Notes: generated by a model from the sequence alone, not told the origin. A stretch of 64,000 bases of DNA from an uncultured virus (IMG/VR IMGVR_UViG_3300049783_000823) (IMGVR_UViG_3300049783_000823); one strand, 5' to 3'; positions 40,041 through 49,027 are shown, numbered from the stretch's first letter. Program-made: numbers and translations.

Positions 40041-40365
40041 TCATCAAGCTGCCTTCCTGCTAGACTATTGTAAGCTTGTAGCAAAAGCTGTTGAACTTGG
40101 CTTCAAGGTCACCCCTGGGGAGATACAACGGCCTATTGCACAGCAGCGGCTCTACATAAAGCAAGGGCGCAGTCTGACATTAAACTCTATGCATGTCAAG
40201 AAATGCGCAGGAGACCTCAATTTCTTCCTTGACGGTAAATATATTGTCGATAAAGAGATCTTGAGACCCTTAGGCGAATATTGGGAATCTTTAGACCCAC
40301 TTAATAAATGGGGCGGTAATTTTCGTAACTTTAAAGACACCCCTCATTTCCAACGAACTGTATAA
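40027..40365 (+). CDS. endolysin, peptidase M15 family (copy 2)
   Basis: NSMHVKKCAGDL...WGGNF...DTPHFQ. Confidence 0.88.
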   Translation: MRLSDHQAAFLLDYCKLVAKAVELGFKVTPGEIQRPIAQQRLYIKQGRSLTLNSMHVKKCAGDLNFFLDGKYIVDKEILRPLGEYWESLDPLNKWGGNFRNFKDTPHFQRTV

Positions 40366-40373
40366 ACTGTAGC

Positions 40374-40413
40374 GACCCATAGCGTTAGTTAATTCTGATG
40401 CTATGGGTTATTT
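40374..40413 (+). terminator. hairpin ending the late region
   Basis: GACCCATAGCGTTAG TTAATT CTGATGCTATGGGTT. Confidence 0.6.
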
Positions 40414-40420
40414 ACGCTTA

Positions 40421-40433
40421 TAAGTCCTTGATT
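40421..40433 (-). promoter_or_regulatory. IHF consensus site
   Basis: Minus strand AATCAAGGACTTA matches WATCAANNNNTTR. Confidence 0.45.
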
Positions 40434-40576
40434 TGTAAGATTTTTTATCAGAGTGCCACTCACTGGAGCGGTAAATTTTTAGGCTGACTGGAGGGATAGC
40501 TACCCTGAAAACGTCTGAGAGGCGAGACCTCTGGAGGCTGAAAATGGTGTTCCCCGAAAATGTCTCGCTAAGTTTT

Positions 40577-40606
40577 GCGGAAAAAGCGGTATCTTATATG
40601 AAGAAG
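40577..40606 (+). promoter_or_regulatory. putative early promoter, class II
   Basis: GCGGAAAAAGCGGTATCTTATATGAAGAAG, 28/30 identical to 42545-42574. Confidence 0.7.
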
Positions 40607-40640
40607 GTAAGAAGTTAAATTAAATAAATAAGGAAAAATT

Positions 40641-40997
40641 ATGGAAATAGTAAATATAGACATATGCGAAAGTTTTGATGAAGAGTATGAAGGTTACACT
40701 CAGCTGATTAAAACATTTCTAATGACAGAAGAACCTGTGGCTATCATAGATATCAACGAGCAAGAAGAACTCTACAACCTAAATGGTTATAAATTTACTT
40801 CTCAGATGCATACGGTGGAAGCCGCTGTAGAGGGGTTTAGCATTGGTTACTTAGACTTTGGAAGATTGGAACTAGAGAAAGGGAAAACGCTCAGAGCCGT
40901 AATAGAGCAAAATGCATCACCATTGATATTGCATGTCAATCTCGGACATTTGCTTCACATAACACATAGATCAAAATTTAATATAAGGAGAAATTAA
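40641..40997 (+). CDS. early hypothetical protein
   Basis: TAAGGA RBS. Confidence 0.65.
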   Translation: MEIVNIDICESFDEEYEGYTQLIKTFLMTEEPVAIIDINEQEELYNLNGYKFTSQMHTVEAAVEGFSIGYLDFGRLELEKGKTLRAVIEQNASPLILHVNLGHLLHITHRSKFNIRRN

Positions 40998-40998
40998 G

Positions 40999-41967
40999 AT
41001 GAATATAAATAACTTTAAGAAGGAATTTGTTAAGAAATTGCCAGTCCTCAAGCGTGCCAGTGAACATTACTTGTATACAGAAGGGGTTGGCAAAAAGCAT
41101 CGCCATCGGTTGATGCGGGAGATAGAACGGCTAAACCGTATAGCTTCTCGATTCTCTGATGATAATCTGGGTAACATAAGCTGTTGGGAGCTAGCGCCTC
41201 ATATCTCTGAAATGCTATATCAGTCAAGTGCTCCAGCCGAGTTTGATTACAGAATGCCCTACCCTGAGATGTTGGTAAGATTCCCCATTCCGGAAAGTCT
41301 TGAAGACGCTCGTCTAGGTGACTTTGAAATCAAATACATCGAGATGCATATCGATACAAGCATGTCACCATACGTTATGAATTACAAGCTACTCAGTGAT
41401 GATTCGGTTGTCTTAACTGATACTCAGGTTTTGCATGAATTTGAACCTCATGAAATCTCTTACGAGAGTCACATGAGGGTGTACAAGAGGAATAAAGGAA
41501 AGCTCCCCTTGAAGGAAGAGACGCCCGAAGTGATGAAGCATATAATGCTTATGGAAGAACTTAAGATGGATTGTGGCAATGAAGCGTTAGCAGATTTTGC
41601 AGAAGTCGGCTATGGTTTCTTTCTATTGGCTCAACAGACCTTCTTTAGTCTTCTTGCTGCGCTATCTTCTTCAAAAGTACCAACACGTGAGGTAATCGAA
41701 TCTAAGATAAAGAGGAGAAAAGGAAAGGTAATATCATACAAGCAAACCGCTAAGTATAACGTTATAGATATAGCAGCACCGAAAACATCATACAGTTCTT
41801 CAAAAGGAACAGGTGTGACACAACGTCCTCATTGGAAAAGAGGTCACTTTAAAATGCAACCGTTTAAAAACGAAAAAGGGGAGTCTATCAGGAAACAGAT
41901 ATGGATAATGCCTTACATGACAGGTATGGCTAAGACATTGAAAAAGAAACAAGTGAAAGTAATTTAA
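40999..41967 (+). CDS. early hypothetical protein with C-terminal HWxRGH motif
   Basis: RPHWKRGHFKMQP...WIMPYMTG. Confidence 0.7.
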   Translation: MNINNFKKEFVKKLPVLKRASEHYLYTEGVGKKHRHRLMREIERLNRIASRFSDDNLGNISCWELAPHISEMLYQSSAPAEFDYRMPYPEMLVRFPIPESLEDARLGDFEIKYIEMHIDTSMSPYVMNYKLLSDDSVVLTDTQVLHEFEPHEISYESHMRVYKRNKGKLPLKEETPEVMKHIMLMEELKMDCGNEALADFAEVGYGFFLLAQQTFFSLLAALSSSKVPTREVIESKIKRRKGKVISYKQTAKYNVIDIAAPKTSYSSSKGTGVTQRPHWKRGHFKMQPFKNEKGESIRKQIWIMPYMTGMAKTLKKKQVKVI

Positions 41968-41988
41968 ATAACTAAATGGGAACTAAAA

Positions 41989-42282
41989 ATGGAAACTGAA
42001 ATGGAAAATGAAGAACTTATAGTAAAAAGAATATTATCACGCATTGATACAGATTGTAAACACGGCTTTATAACAAAGGAGAAAGCGGAAGCTATAAAAG
42101 CTAACATCCCAAGCCTTGTAGAGCGCCAGGCTGAACGTAGGCGTCAAATGGAAGCAAACCCTGACAACGTCAGAGGAGGGACAATCTTCACAAAAGGCTT
42201 CGGGAGAGATCTCGACTGGTTAGCTATAACGACTTATGTTATATTTGTTTCAGTTATTGCGGGAGTAATGTATGCATCATAA
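41989..42282 (+). CDS. hypothetical protein with C-terminal TM
   Basis: ORF with hydrophobic C-terminus. Confidence 0.55.
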   Translation: METEMENEELIVKRILSRIDTDCKHGFITKEKAEAIKANIPSLVERQAERRRQMEANPDNVRGGTIFTKGFGRDLDWLAITTYVIFVSVIAGVMYAS

Positions 42283-42505
42283 AGGACACGTAGTTTCAGC
42301 TGAGACATATATGGAAGAGGTGTTTGAAGAGATTCAGGAAGAGTATACAGTTTCTGAAGATAACGCTGACTGGACAGGCTTTGATTCATTTCGTCTTGAC
42401 TTTAGTTCGTTTGATTGGAAACGAGGTGAGCCTGAGCCGATGGTCAAAGAAGAGCATGACGTCTATCTTCCCGAAACAATGCTTGAAGAACCTCTATCCT
42501 TCTAA
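42272..42505 (+). CDS. small acidic hypothetical protein
   Basis: GGGAG RBS; D/E rich. Confidence 0.5.
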   Translation: MHHKGHVVSAETYMEEVFEEIQEEYTVSEDNADWTGFDSFRLDFSSFDWKRGEPEPMVKEEHDVYLPETMLEEPLSF

Positions 42506-42544
42506 CGAGGGCATATAAACCTATCCCTTTTCTCCAAAATAAAC

Positions 42545-42574
42545 GCGGGAAAAGGGGTATCTTATATGAAGAAG
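42545..42574 (+). promoter_or_regulatory. putative early promoter, class II
   Basis: GCGGGAAAAGGGGTATCTTATATGAAGAAG. Confidence 0.7.
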
Positions 42575-42631
42575 ACAATAAGGTCTAACTCACAAACGGC
42601 AAGTATGCCATAATTAAATAGAGGAAATATC

Positions 42632-42949
42632 ATGAAAGAAATAACTATGAAAGAAGTAATTAAGACATTAGAGGGTATGAAAGAAATAGCATTTAGCTTC
42701 ATTGCATGGTCTGCAATCGTGTTCGTGTCGTTAATACTCTTCGTAATTGGATCAGCTACAACCTTCTGGGTGTTTACATTTGTAAGCAAAGGCGGCCTTG
42801 CGTTAGTTACATTAGCCTTCAGCTTCCTTGCTGCAGCTGTGTTCATGTATGCAGGTGTATCAGTTACGAAAGCAATACTACAATGGCGTGAAAATCATAA
42901 GGCAAAGACTTCTGATTATGTTAGATCGCTTGGAAGCGAGGAATCGTAG
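42632..42949 (+). CDS. membrane protein with 2 TM helices
   Basis: GAGGA RBS; hydrophobic segments. Confidence 0.6.
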   Translation: MKEITMKEVIKTLEGMKEIAFSFIAWSAIVFVSLILFVIGSATTFWVFTFVSKGGLALVTLAFSFLAAAVFMYAGVSVTKAILQWRENHKAKTSDYVRSLGSEES

Positions 42950-43010
42950 GCGAAGGTACAGTAGTCGTTGAGGGTTATTTTCTACCTGCTTCACAGGCGG
43001 AAGTAACCCT

Positions 43011-43220
43011 TGACACCTTGTTCCTAAACAAAGACTACAAAAGAACATTCAGGCGATTGAACAAGAGAGACATTAGCTTTACAGAAGAGTCAACACAAGT
43101 GTCACTTTTTGGCTCGGTGTTACGAATGTTGTTTGATGTGTCTGATGAAAGGTGTGTTCCCTTCTTCGTGAAGGAAGAGGACATATACAATTTAGTTAAG
43201 AAGATTCACAGCTAGTGTCA
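43011..43220 (+). ncRNA. candidate structured non-coding RNA
   Basis: Closing TGACAC/GTGTCA and nested stems, between a hairpin and a terminator. Confidence 0.35.
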
Positions 43221-43223
43221 CCC

Positions 43224-43270
43224 CCCTCATAACCCTAATCGGGTTGTGGGGGATTTTAATTTTTTTTTTT
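43224..43270 (+). terminator. intrinsic terminator with TAATC loop
   Basis: CCCTCATAACCC TAATC GGGTTGTGGGGG followed by a T run. Confidence 0.75.
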
Positions 43271-43291
43271 CAATAATAATAAGAGCATAAA

Positions 43292-43447
43292 ATGCCAATA
43301 ATACATTTCATATTGTTACTCCCGTTACTGTCAAAATTGTTGTTTTTCTTTGCTACAGTTTTGAATACAGCGGCTTCTATCTTACCGGCTGCACTTATGT
43401 TTGGGGTGTCTTCAGTAATTGGAGCAATACAATACTTATCTAAATAA
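43292..43447 (+). CDS. 51-aa hydrophobic peptide (below track cutoff)
   Basis: MPIIHFILLLPLL...; fills the gap before the RNAP gene. Confidence 0.4.
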   Translation: MPIIHFILLLPLLSKLLFFFATVLNTAASILPAALMFGVSSVIGAIQYLSK

Positions 43448-43459
43448 AGGACAGAGTAA

Positions 43460-46400
43460 ATGATGAAACAAAAATTAGTCAACTCAATAATAGAAAGATT
43501 GGAAACAGAAGTATCGCCAAGGAATCCTGTGAAGTTCTTAAAAGATCTAGACGCAAGCGTGATCACAGACCAGGCAATTGGTTACATATACCTTTACACA
43601 AGAGTAGGTAGAGGTAGCCGAAAGAAGTCAGTGCTGATGGCTGAAATCATATCAGCAATAGGCCACGGTGTACGTGACAAAGCAGGTCTCAAGAAGAATA
43701 GCGCATTGGCTGCAAAAGCTGGCGCATTTATCTTGTACACGTTTGAGGTACTTGGGTATCTCCACACATTGAAGGGACGAGCTGGAAATGGTCACAGCAC
43801 ATATCTCATAGAAGTGGATGATGAAGAAGGCTTGTCTTTATTATGGAGCAAGCTGGAGGCTGATAAAACAGAGAAGCTCCCATCATTAACGCCACACGTA
43901 CCATGGTTGTCAACTAAACATAGTACAGGCGCAAGGCTTGTGAAGACACAAGATAAGGGTGTACTGCAAGAACTGTCTATTGAAAACTGCCCGCTGGTGT
44001 ATGAGTCAGTGAACAGGTCTCAACAAGTTGGCTGGCGTGTTAATGAAGAGATATATGAGATATACACGTGGGCGTTACGAAACAAAACAGACGCTTTCTC
44101 AGATATATGGGAGATTCAAAATCCTCAAGCAAAGGCCAGCAAGACGCGTGAAGCAAAAGCTGTTGGCGACATAGCGAAGAGGTTCCTTGGAAAGACCTTT
44201 TATCATCTATATTATCTTGACTTTAGAGGACGTAAGTACCCAGCTACGGCATACTTTCATGAACAAGGGACCGATCTGAGTAAAGGCTTGCTGCTCAGAG
44301 AAGATAAAGCTCCAATAGGCGAACAGGGCTATTACTGGTTACTGATAAGTATCGCATCCAATTGGGCAGGTGACGCTGGTCGTGAAGATGGTCTCAAAAC
44401 TGATAAGATACCTTTGAACGACCGTGTGTATTGGGCGCTAGATAATGAAGAGATTCTGTTATCATATGTTGAGAATCCAAAGGTCAATCAAGGGTGGATG
44501 AAAGCTGACAAACCTTGGCAATTCTTAGCGGCTTGCAACGAATGGTTGAACCTGATAAGATGGCAGGAAGCGCATACGGGACATAAGGTGTTAGGATATG
44601 ACGGAGAGGTTACCATATCTGATCCTGATTATGAAGATTATAGCTATGAAAGCCACCTTGAGTGTTATATCGATGGTTCCAATAATGGGTCTCAGCATTT
44701 GTCAGCATTGACCAGAGATGATGTAACAGCACCGCATGTCAATCTAGTTCCTTCAGACCTTCCTGGAGATCTATACAAATATGTGGCGGATCATGTATGG
44801 GAGACTATCGACAAGGAGAAAGATGAGCTGACTCGTAGGGAGTTTAAAGCATGTGAAAGCGTCATCGATACCCTTGCTGATGAGAAGACTCAGATAAACT
44901 TAGCGCCTCTCAAGTCAGAAAGAAGGAAAGAGCTTATTGAAGACTTGATTAAGTTTAAGAGAGCTGAGGCAGAGACTATCGGTAAAGCCGCCTGCGTATT
45001 CTGGAGCAATGTGAAAGATGCAAAGCACCGAAGAAAGGTCGTGAAGCGTTAATAACATGGCGCTTTTAAAACAATGTGAATTCGGGGAACATCTAGAACA
45101 GACAATCCCGAGCCAAGCTTAGCTAAGGCTTTGAAGGTGTAGAGACTATCCTGAGAAGGAGTACACTCAAGTGAGTGGAAGCGCATTGGGTCAGAAATGA
45201 TCATGATATAGTCCGATCTACATGGGGACATGTAGTAATTTAAGGAAGCTTATGAGGCTTATTGTGCTAAAGCGATTGAGCATTATGGCGAGTTTGCTAA
45301 ATTAGATTGATATATATTTAACGAATATATATTTAACATAAATGAATGTTATGACGCTCCCGTATGGCGGAACAGCGTATGGTTTGGGTTAATTCGGCTC
45401 AATTAAAACACCTTTAATTGCTGGGACATCCCTCTGGGACAATCAGCAGCCAAGCTTAGCCTTAGGGCTTTGAAGGTTCAACGACTATTCCGAAAGGAAG
45501 TACACTCAAGTGAGTGGAAACGGGGTGCACCGAAAGGTGAAGATATAGTCTAGTCTGCATGGTAACATGCAGCAGATCGTGGTCTCCAACGTTAGGAGAA
45601 GAATGTGAACAAAGAAGAAATACTAAGATTATACGAATATAGGGATGGGGAACTTTATTGGAGAGTAGCTAGATCCAATAGGGTTAAAGTAGGGCAACTC
45701 GCTGGTGATGTTGATGGGAGAGGTTACAGACGTGTGTACTCAAACGGCAGGCACTGGAAGGTACACCGACTTATTTGGATTATGCATAACAGATTCTTAG
45801 ATGACAATGAGATCATAGATCGCATAGATCGAGATAGGACAAATAATAGGATAGAAAACCTTCGCTTGTCAAATAAATCAGCTAATGCCATAAACTCAGA
45901 TTTTACGGAAAGAGCAAAAGGATACCACTATGATTCCAATCGTGGAAAGTGGCGCGCTCAAATATCTATAAATAACAAGTCTGTTACATTAGGCAGATTC
46001 GATACAAAAGAAGAAGCTCAAGCTGCTTATGCTGAAGCTTGCAAGACCAGAAAACAATAAAGACCACGATCGGGGCGTGCTTAACGAACACGCTTGAATA
46101 CAACGCAACAACAGATAGACGATGCTAGGAAGCATGGCATTGAGAGCCTGATGACTATGGAGCACAAATGGGGAAGCTATATGGGAAGAATGGTTTTCGA
46201 GGATTGTAGAGTCTCTCTCAAGAAGCCTATGCAGTTGTTAAGCGTTTTTGAACAAGCAGGCAAGCTGGCAGAACAAGAAGATAGGTTCTTAAGCTGGCAT
46301 ACACCTGTGACGAATTTCCCTGTGGTGCAGCATTACACAGAAGGCACAACCAAAAAGGTTCACATACAGTACGGGCCACAGGTAGGTGAAAAGCTATCAA

Positions 46401-46759
46401 CGGGCTACTATTCGAATGATAGACAATTACATATATGTTTTATCGAACTTGTGAAACCTAGCAAGAGGAAACAGTCCTCTGGAGCATCGCCTAATGCCAT
46501 CCACTCACTTGATGCCACGCATCTAACAATGACGGTATGCGCTGCGCCGTTTCATGTGACGACTATCCATGACTCTTTCGGATGTCTTCTCGGTGATATG
46601 TCAGACTTATTTGTAATTGTAAGGCAATCTTTTGTAGATTTATATAAAGAGAATCCATTGGAATCCCTGATGGAAGAAATAGGAGGTGACATAACAACGC
46701 TAGAAATGGGTAATTTAGATATTGAAGCAATAATGGACAGCGAATACGCATTCGCATAA
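43460..46759 (+). CDS. T7-like RNA polymerase, spliced: join(43460..45049,45345..45389,46106..46759), 762 aa
   Basis: DFRGRKY, IDGSNNGSQH (A), RKVVKR|NVMTLPYG (B, restored by splicing), PNAIHSLDATHL, TIHDSFG (C). Confidence 0.9.
45050..45344 (+). mobile_element. group I intron 1 (no intact ORF; AP2 remnant)
   Basis: Exon ends in U; P1 AGCGT/GCGCT with U-G; P7 GACTAT (45144)/ATAGTC (45208); P10 TAACAT/ATGTTA; terminal G45344. Confidence 0.9.
45390..46105 (+). mobile_element. group I intron 2 with homing endonuclease ORF
   Basis: P1 TTGGGT/GCTCAA; GACTAT (45483)/GATATAGTC (45542); terminal G46105 restores frame LG|QQQIDD. Confidence 0.88.
45605..46060 (+). CDS. intron-encoded HNH-AP2 homing endonuclease, likely inactive
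   Basis: VHRLIW...IDRIDRDRTNNRIENLR and AP2-like KWRAQI...LGRFDTKEEAQAAY; AGGAG RBS. Confidence 0.85.
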   Translation: MNKEEILRLYEYRDGELYWRVARSNRVKVGQLAGDVDGRGYRRVYSNGRHWKVHRLIWIMHNRFLDDNEIIDRIDRDRTNNRIENLRLSNKSANAINSDFTERAKGYHYDSNRGKWRAQISINNKSVTLGRFDTKEEAQAAYAEACKTRKQ

Positions 46760-46772
46760 CAACGGAGAAGGT

Positions 46773-46937
46773 ATGAATTTTTCAAGACAGTTTGTAGTAC
46801 TACGAGACCACCATGTGGTGGCTTACTTTAACACAAGAGAAGACGCATGGGAGCACTATGATAAGCTTAAGAAAGGACACCCTTACACCACTTTTGGTAT
46901 ATTTGAAAAGATAGATAGACCAACCGAAACATCATAA
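46773..46937 (+). CDS. 54-aa hypothetical protein (below track cutoff)
   Basis: GGAGAAGG RBS; MNFSRQFVVLRD... Confidence 0.5.
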   Translation: MNFSRQFVVLRDHHVVAYFNTREDAWEHYDKLKKGHPYTTFGIFEKIDRPTETS

Positions 46938-46952
46938 CTTAAAGGAAACAGT

Positions 46953-47381
46953 ATGAATATTTTATTAAAGACATTTAGATACCTCCAACGACCTGTTAGC
47001 AAAGACTACGAGAAGGAAAAGAGGGCCGTTAACTTTATACACAAGCTGATCGATAAGAATCCTAAAAAGGGTGTAGAAACTCGAAAGTTCGTGGAGGACA
47101 GCATAATATCTCAACTCGAATCTATCAAGTTCAAAGAACGCCGCGTGAATGTGTATTGCAGGAAAGGTCTTGTGTCTAAGTTCGGTCTGATAAAGCTTTA
47201 TACAGAGGACGGTGGCATTGCTGGTTCATTTTCTTACTTCATGGTTGGCGATCGTGATCTGAACGCAAACTACCTTAGGATGCAAGCGGCTATTCGAGGG
47301 GAGGAGGTGCCAGCTTTTGACCCTTATTCTAGCCTCAGATATGACTATTGGAAATCAAAGGACAGGAGAAACAAATGTTAA
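46953..47381 (+). CDS. hypothetical protein
   Basis: AAGGA RBS. Confidence 0.6.
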   Translation: MNILLKTFRYLQRPVSKDYEKEKRAVNFIHKLIDKNPKKGVETRKFVEDSIISQLESIKFKERRVNVYCRKGLVSKFGLIKLYTEDGGIAGSFSYFMVGDRDLNANYLRMQAAIRGEEVPAFDPYSSLRYDYWKSKDRRNKC

Positions 47382-47677
47382 ATGAAGAAGAAAGACTTAC
47401 GCTGAAGAAGGCAATACAGGGATGGGGTGAAAACTTCCAGTTGGAGATGGTTATAGAAGAGTGCTCTGAACTGATTCTTGCAATACAACACGCCAAGAGA
47501 GGACGTCATGAGAATAATGATGCTTTGATCGAAGAGTGCGCGGATGTTCTAATAGTTTGTGAACAGATGAGTATCATCCTCGGTGAGGATAAAGTCCACA
47601 ATGTCGTCAGAGAAAAGATGGAACGTCTGGCTAGAAAAGTTGCATCCTGTAACCCTAATCTGGAGACTATCAAATGA
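47375..47677 (+). CDS. MazG-like NTP pyrophosphohydrolase
   Basis: IEECSELI...IEECADVLI...KMERL. Confidence 0.75.
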   Translation: MLNEEERLTLKKAIQGWGENFQLEMVIEECSELILAIQHAKRGRHENNDALIEECADVLIVCEQMSIILGEDKVHNVVREKMERLARKVASCNPNLETIK

Positions 47678-48036
47678 GAAAGTTTGAAAGAAGTGAAGAT
47701 CTCTCGTATCCTCTTCCAGGGCTACCTGAAGACTTTAGATTGCAAATACAAACTGACATCAAGGCTATTGAAGATTCCCTCTCTAATGATGCAGGCGTTG
47801 AATACGAACCTGAAGACTATGGCTGCTTCTATTGGATAGAGTCTTCTGCGGAAGCACAACGTCTAGCTGATCGTTTTGATAAGATCGTCTGGGAACGTGT
47901 TATAATCAAGAACGGCCTTGTGAGCATGCTTGAAATCCAGGGAGACTCATATGGCGTTCAATACTATATGGCTACGCGTCATGTTACAGAGAGTATGCGG
48001 CGCGGAGTTTTGAGACAGAAACTAGAAGGAGGCTAA
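47674..48036 (+). CDS. hypothetical protein
   Basis: ATGA coupling. Confidence 0.55.
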   Translation: MRKFERSEDLSYPLPGLPEDFRLQIQTDIKAIEDSLSNDAGVEYEPEDYGCFYWIESSAEAQRLADRFDKIVWERVIIKNGLVSMLEIQGDSYGVQYYMATRHVTESMRRGVLRQKLEGG

Positions 48037-48077
48037 ACAAAACTTATAATAGAAAACAGTGACGATTTACAAAAACC

Positions 48078-48095
48078 AAACCGTTAGATTAACCC
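48078..48095 (+). promoter_or_regulatory. class I promoter variant upstream of ssb
   Basis: AAACCGTTAGATTAACCC, 16/18 match. Confidence 0.6.
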
Positions 48096-48133
48096 TGCGA
48101 AGGGTTCTTTACCCTTAACAAATAGGATTTTAA

Positions 48134-48766
48134 ATGATTATTAGAAAAGCAACAATATTTTTCCCGAAGTTAGTAAAACCAAGCTCACGTTTTAACAAAG
48201 AAAACCCTACATGGGAACTTCAGATTAGAACAAAAAGTAAAGCCCAAAGAAACTCTTGGCGAGAAATGGGTCTAAATGTGAAGCTTGTAGAAGATGACGA
48301 AAACGGTGATTTCTACAGAGTTAACCTGAAGAAGAAGTCTAAGAAGCAAGACGGAACCCCAGGTAACCCTATCGAAGTTTGTGATGGGAATCTGAACCCT
48401 ATTGATCCTAACACTATCGGCAATGGCAGCGTCGGTAATATCCGTATCTTTCAGTCAGAATATGAAAACGCAGAAGGTAAAACTGCAATTCGCTCAACAC
48501 CTATGAAAATCCAACTCACTAAGCATATTGTCTATGAGTTTGAAGAAGAAGAAGGTTTTGAGATGCTTGATGAAGAAACTGAAGTTATCGTTGCAGAACC
48601 AGATGAGCTGGAAGACGATATCGGCAGAGAAGATGATGATGAGTTTGACGAAGATGAAAGTCCGAAAGCTGCGCCGAAAGCGACCGCAAAGCCTCCAAAG
48701 ACACCAAAGACACCAAAGCCCCCTAAGCCGAAAGTTTTAGATGATATTGAAGACGAAGATTATTAA
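48134..48766 (+). CDS. single-stranded DNA-binding protein (T7 gp2.5-like)
   Basis: IGNGSVGNI motif; acidic C-terminus ending in aromatic Y. Confidence 0.7.
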   Translation: MIIRKATIFFPKLVKPSSRFNKENPTWELQIRTKSKAQRNSWREMGLNVKLVEDDENGDFYRVNLKKKSKKQDGTPGNPIEVCDGNLNPIDPNTIGNGSVGNIRIFQSEYENAEGKTAIRSTPMKIQLTKHIVYEFEEEEGFEMLDEETEVIVAEPDELEDDIGREDDDEFDEDESPKAAPKATAKPPKTPKTPKPPKPKVLDDIEDEDY

Positions 48767-48775
48767 GGGGATCAT

Positions 48776-49027
48776 ATGCCATTTCTAACAGCTGAAAAGA
48801 AAAGGCAAATGGAAAAGACGAAGTTATCAGAGCTTAATCCGAAAGACGCTCTGGAGCTTAGCCATGTTCTCCATATTGTTGCCAAAAGATATTTAGGCCC
48901 AAATGTAACACACACCAAGGTTAATGAAGTGATGGGTGCTTTCGAGAATGTAAAGCAAGAAATCTTCAGAGACAAAATAGCGCCATTCAACCGCCAAGCA
49001 CAGCACGACAATGACAATGACTACTGA
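48776..49027 (+). CDS. hypothetical protein
   Basis: NEVMGAFENVKQEIFR..IAP pattern; AAGGGG RBS. Confidence 0.6.
   Translation: MPFLTAEKKRQMEKTKLSELNPKDALELSHVLHIVAKRYLGPNVTHTKVNEVMGAFENVKQEIFRDKIAPFNRQAQHDNDNDY

Noticed and set aside
43141..43180. CTGATGA suggesting a hammerhead ribozyme
   Set aside because: No GAAA after the candidate stem II.
45049..45231. Minus-strand 60-aa ORF, and reading the RNAP as a pseudogene or two-subunit enzyme
   Set aside because: The region is a group I intron core; splicing restores a continuous frame.
46094..46105. TTG start of the 221-aa ORF
   Set aside because: These codons are the intron 3' end; the ORF is RNAP exon 3.
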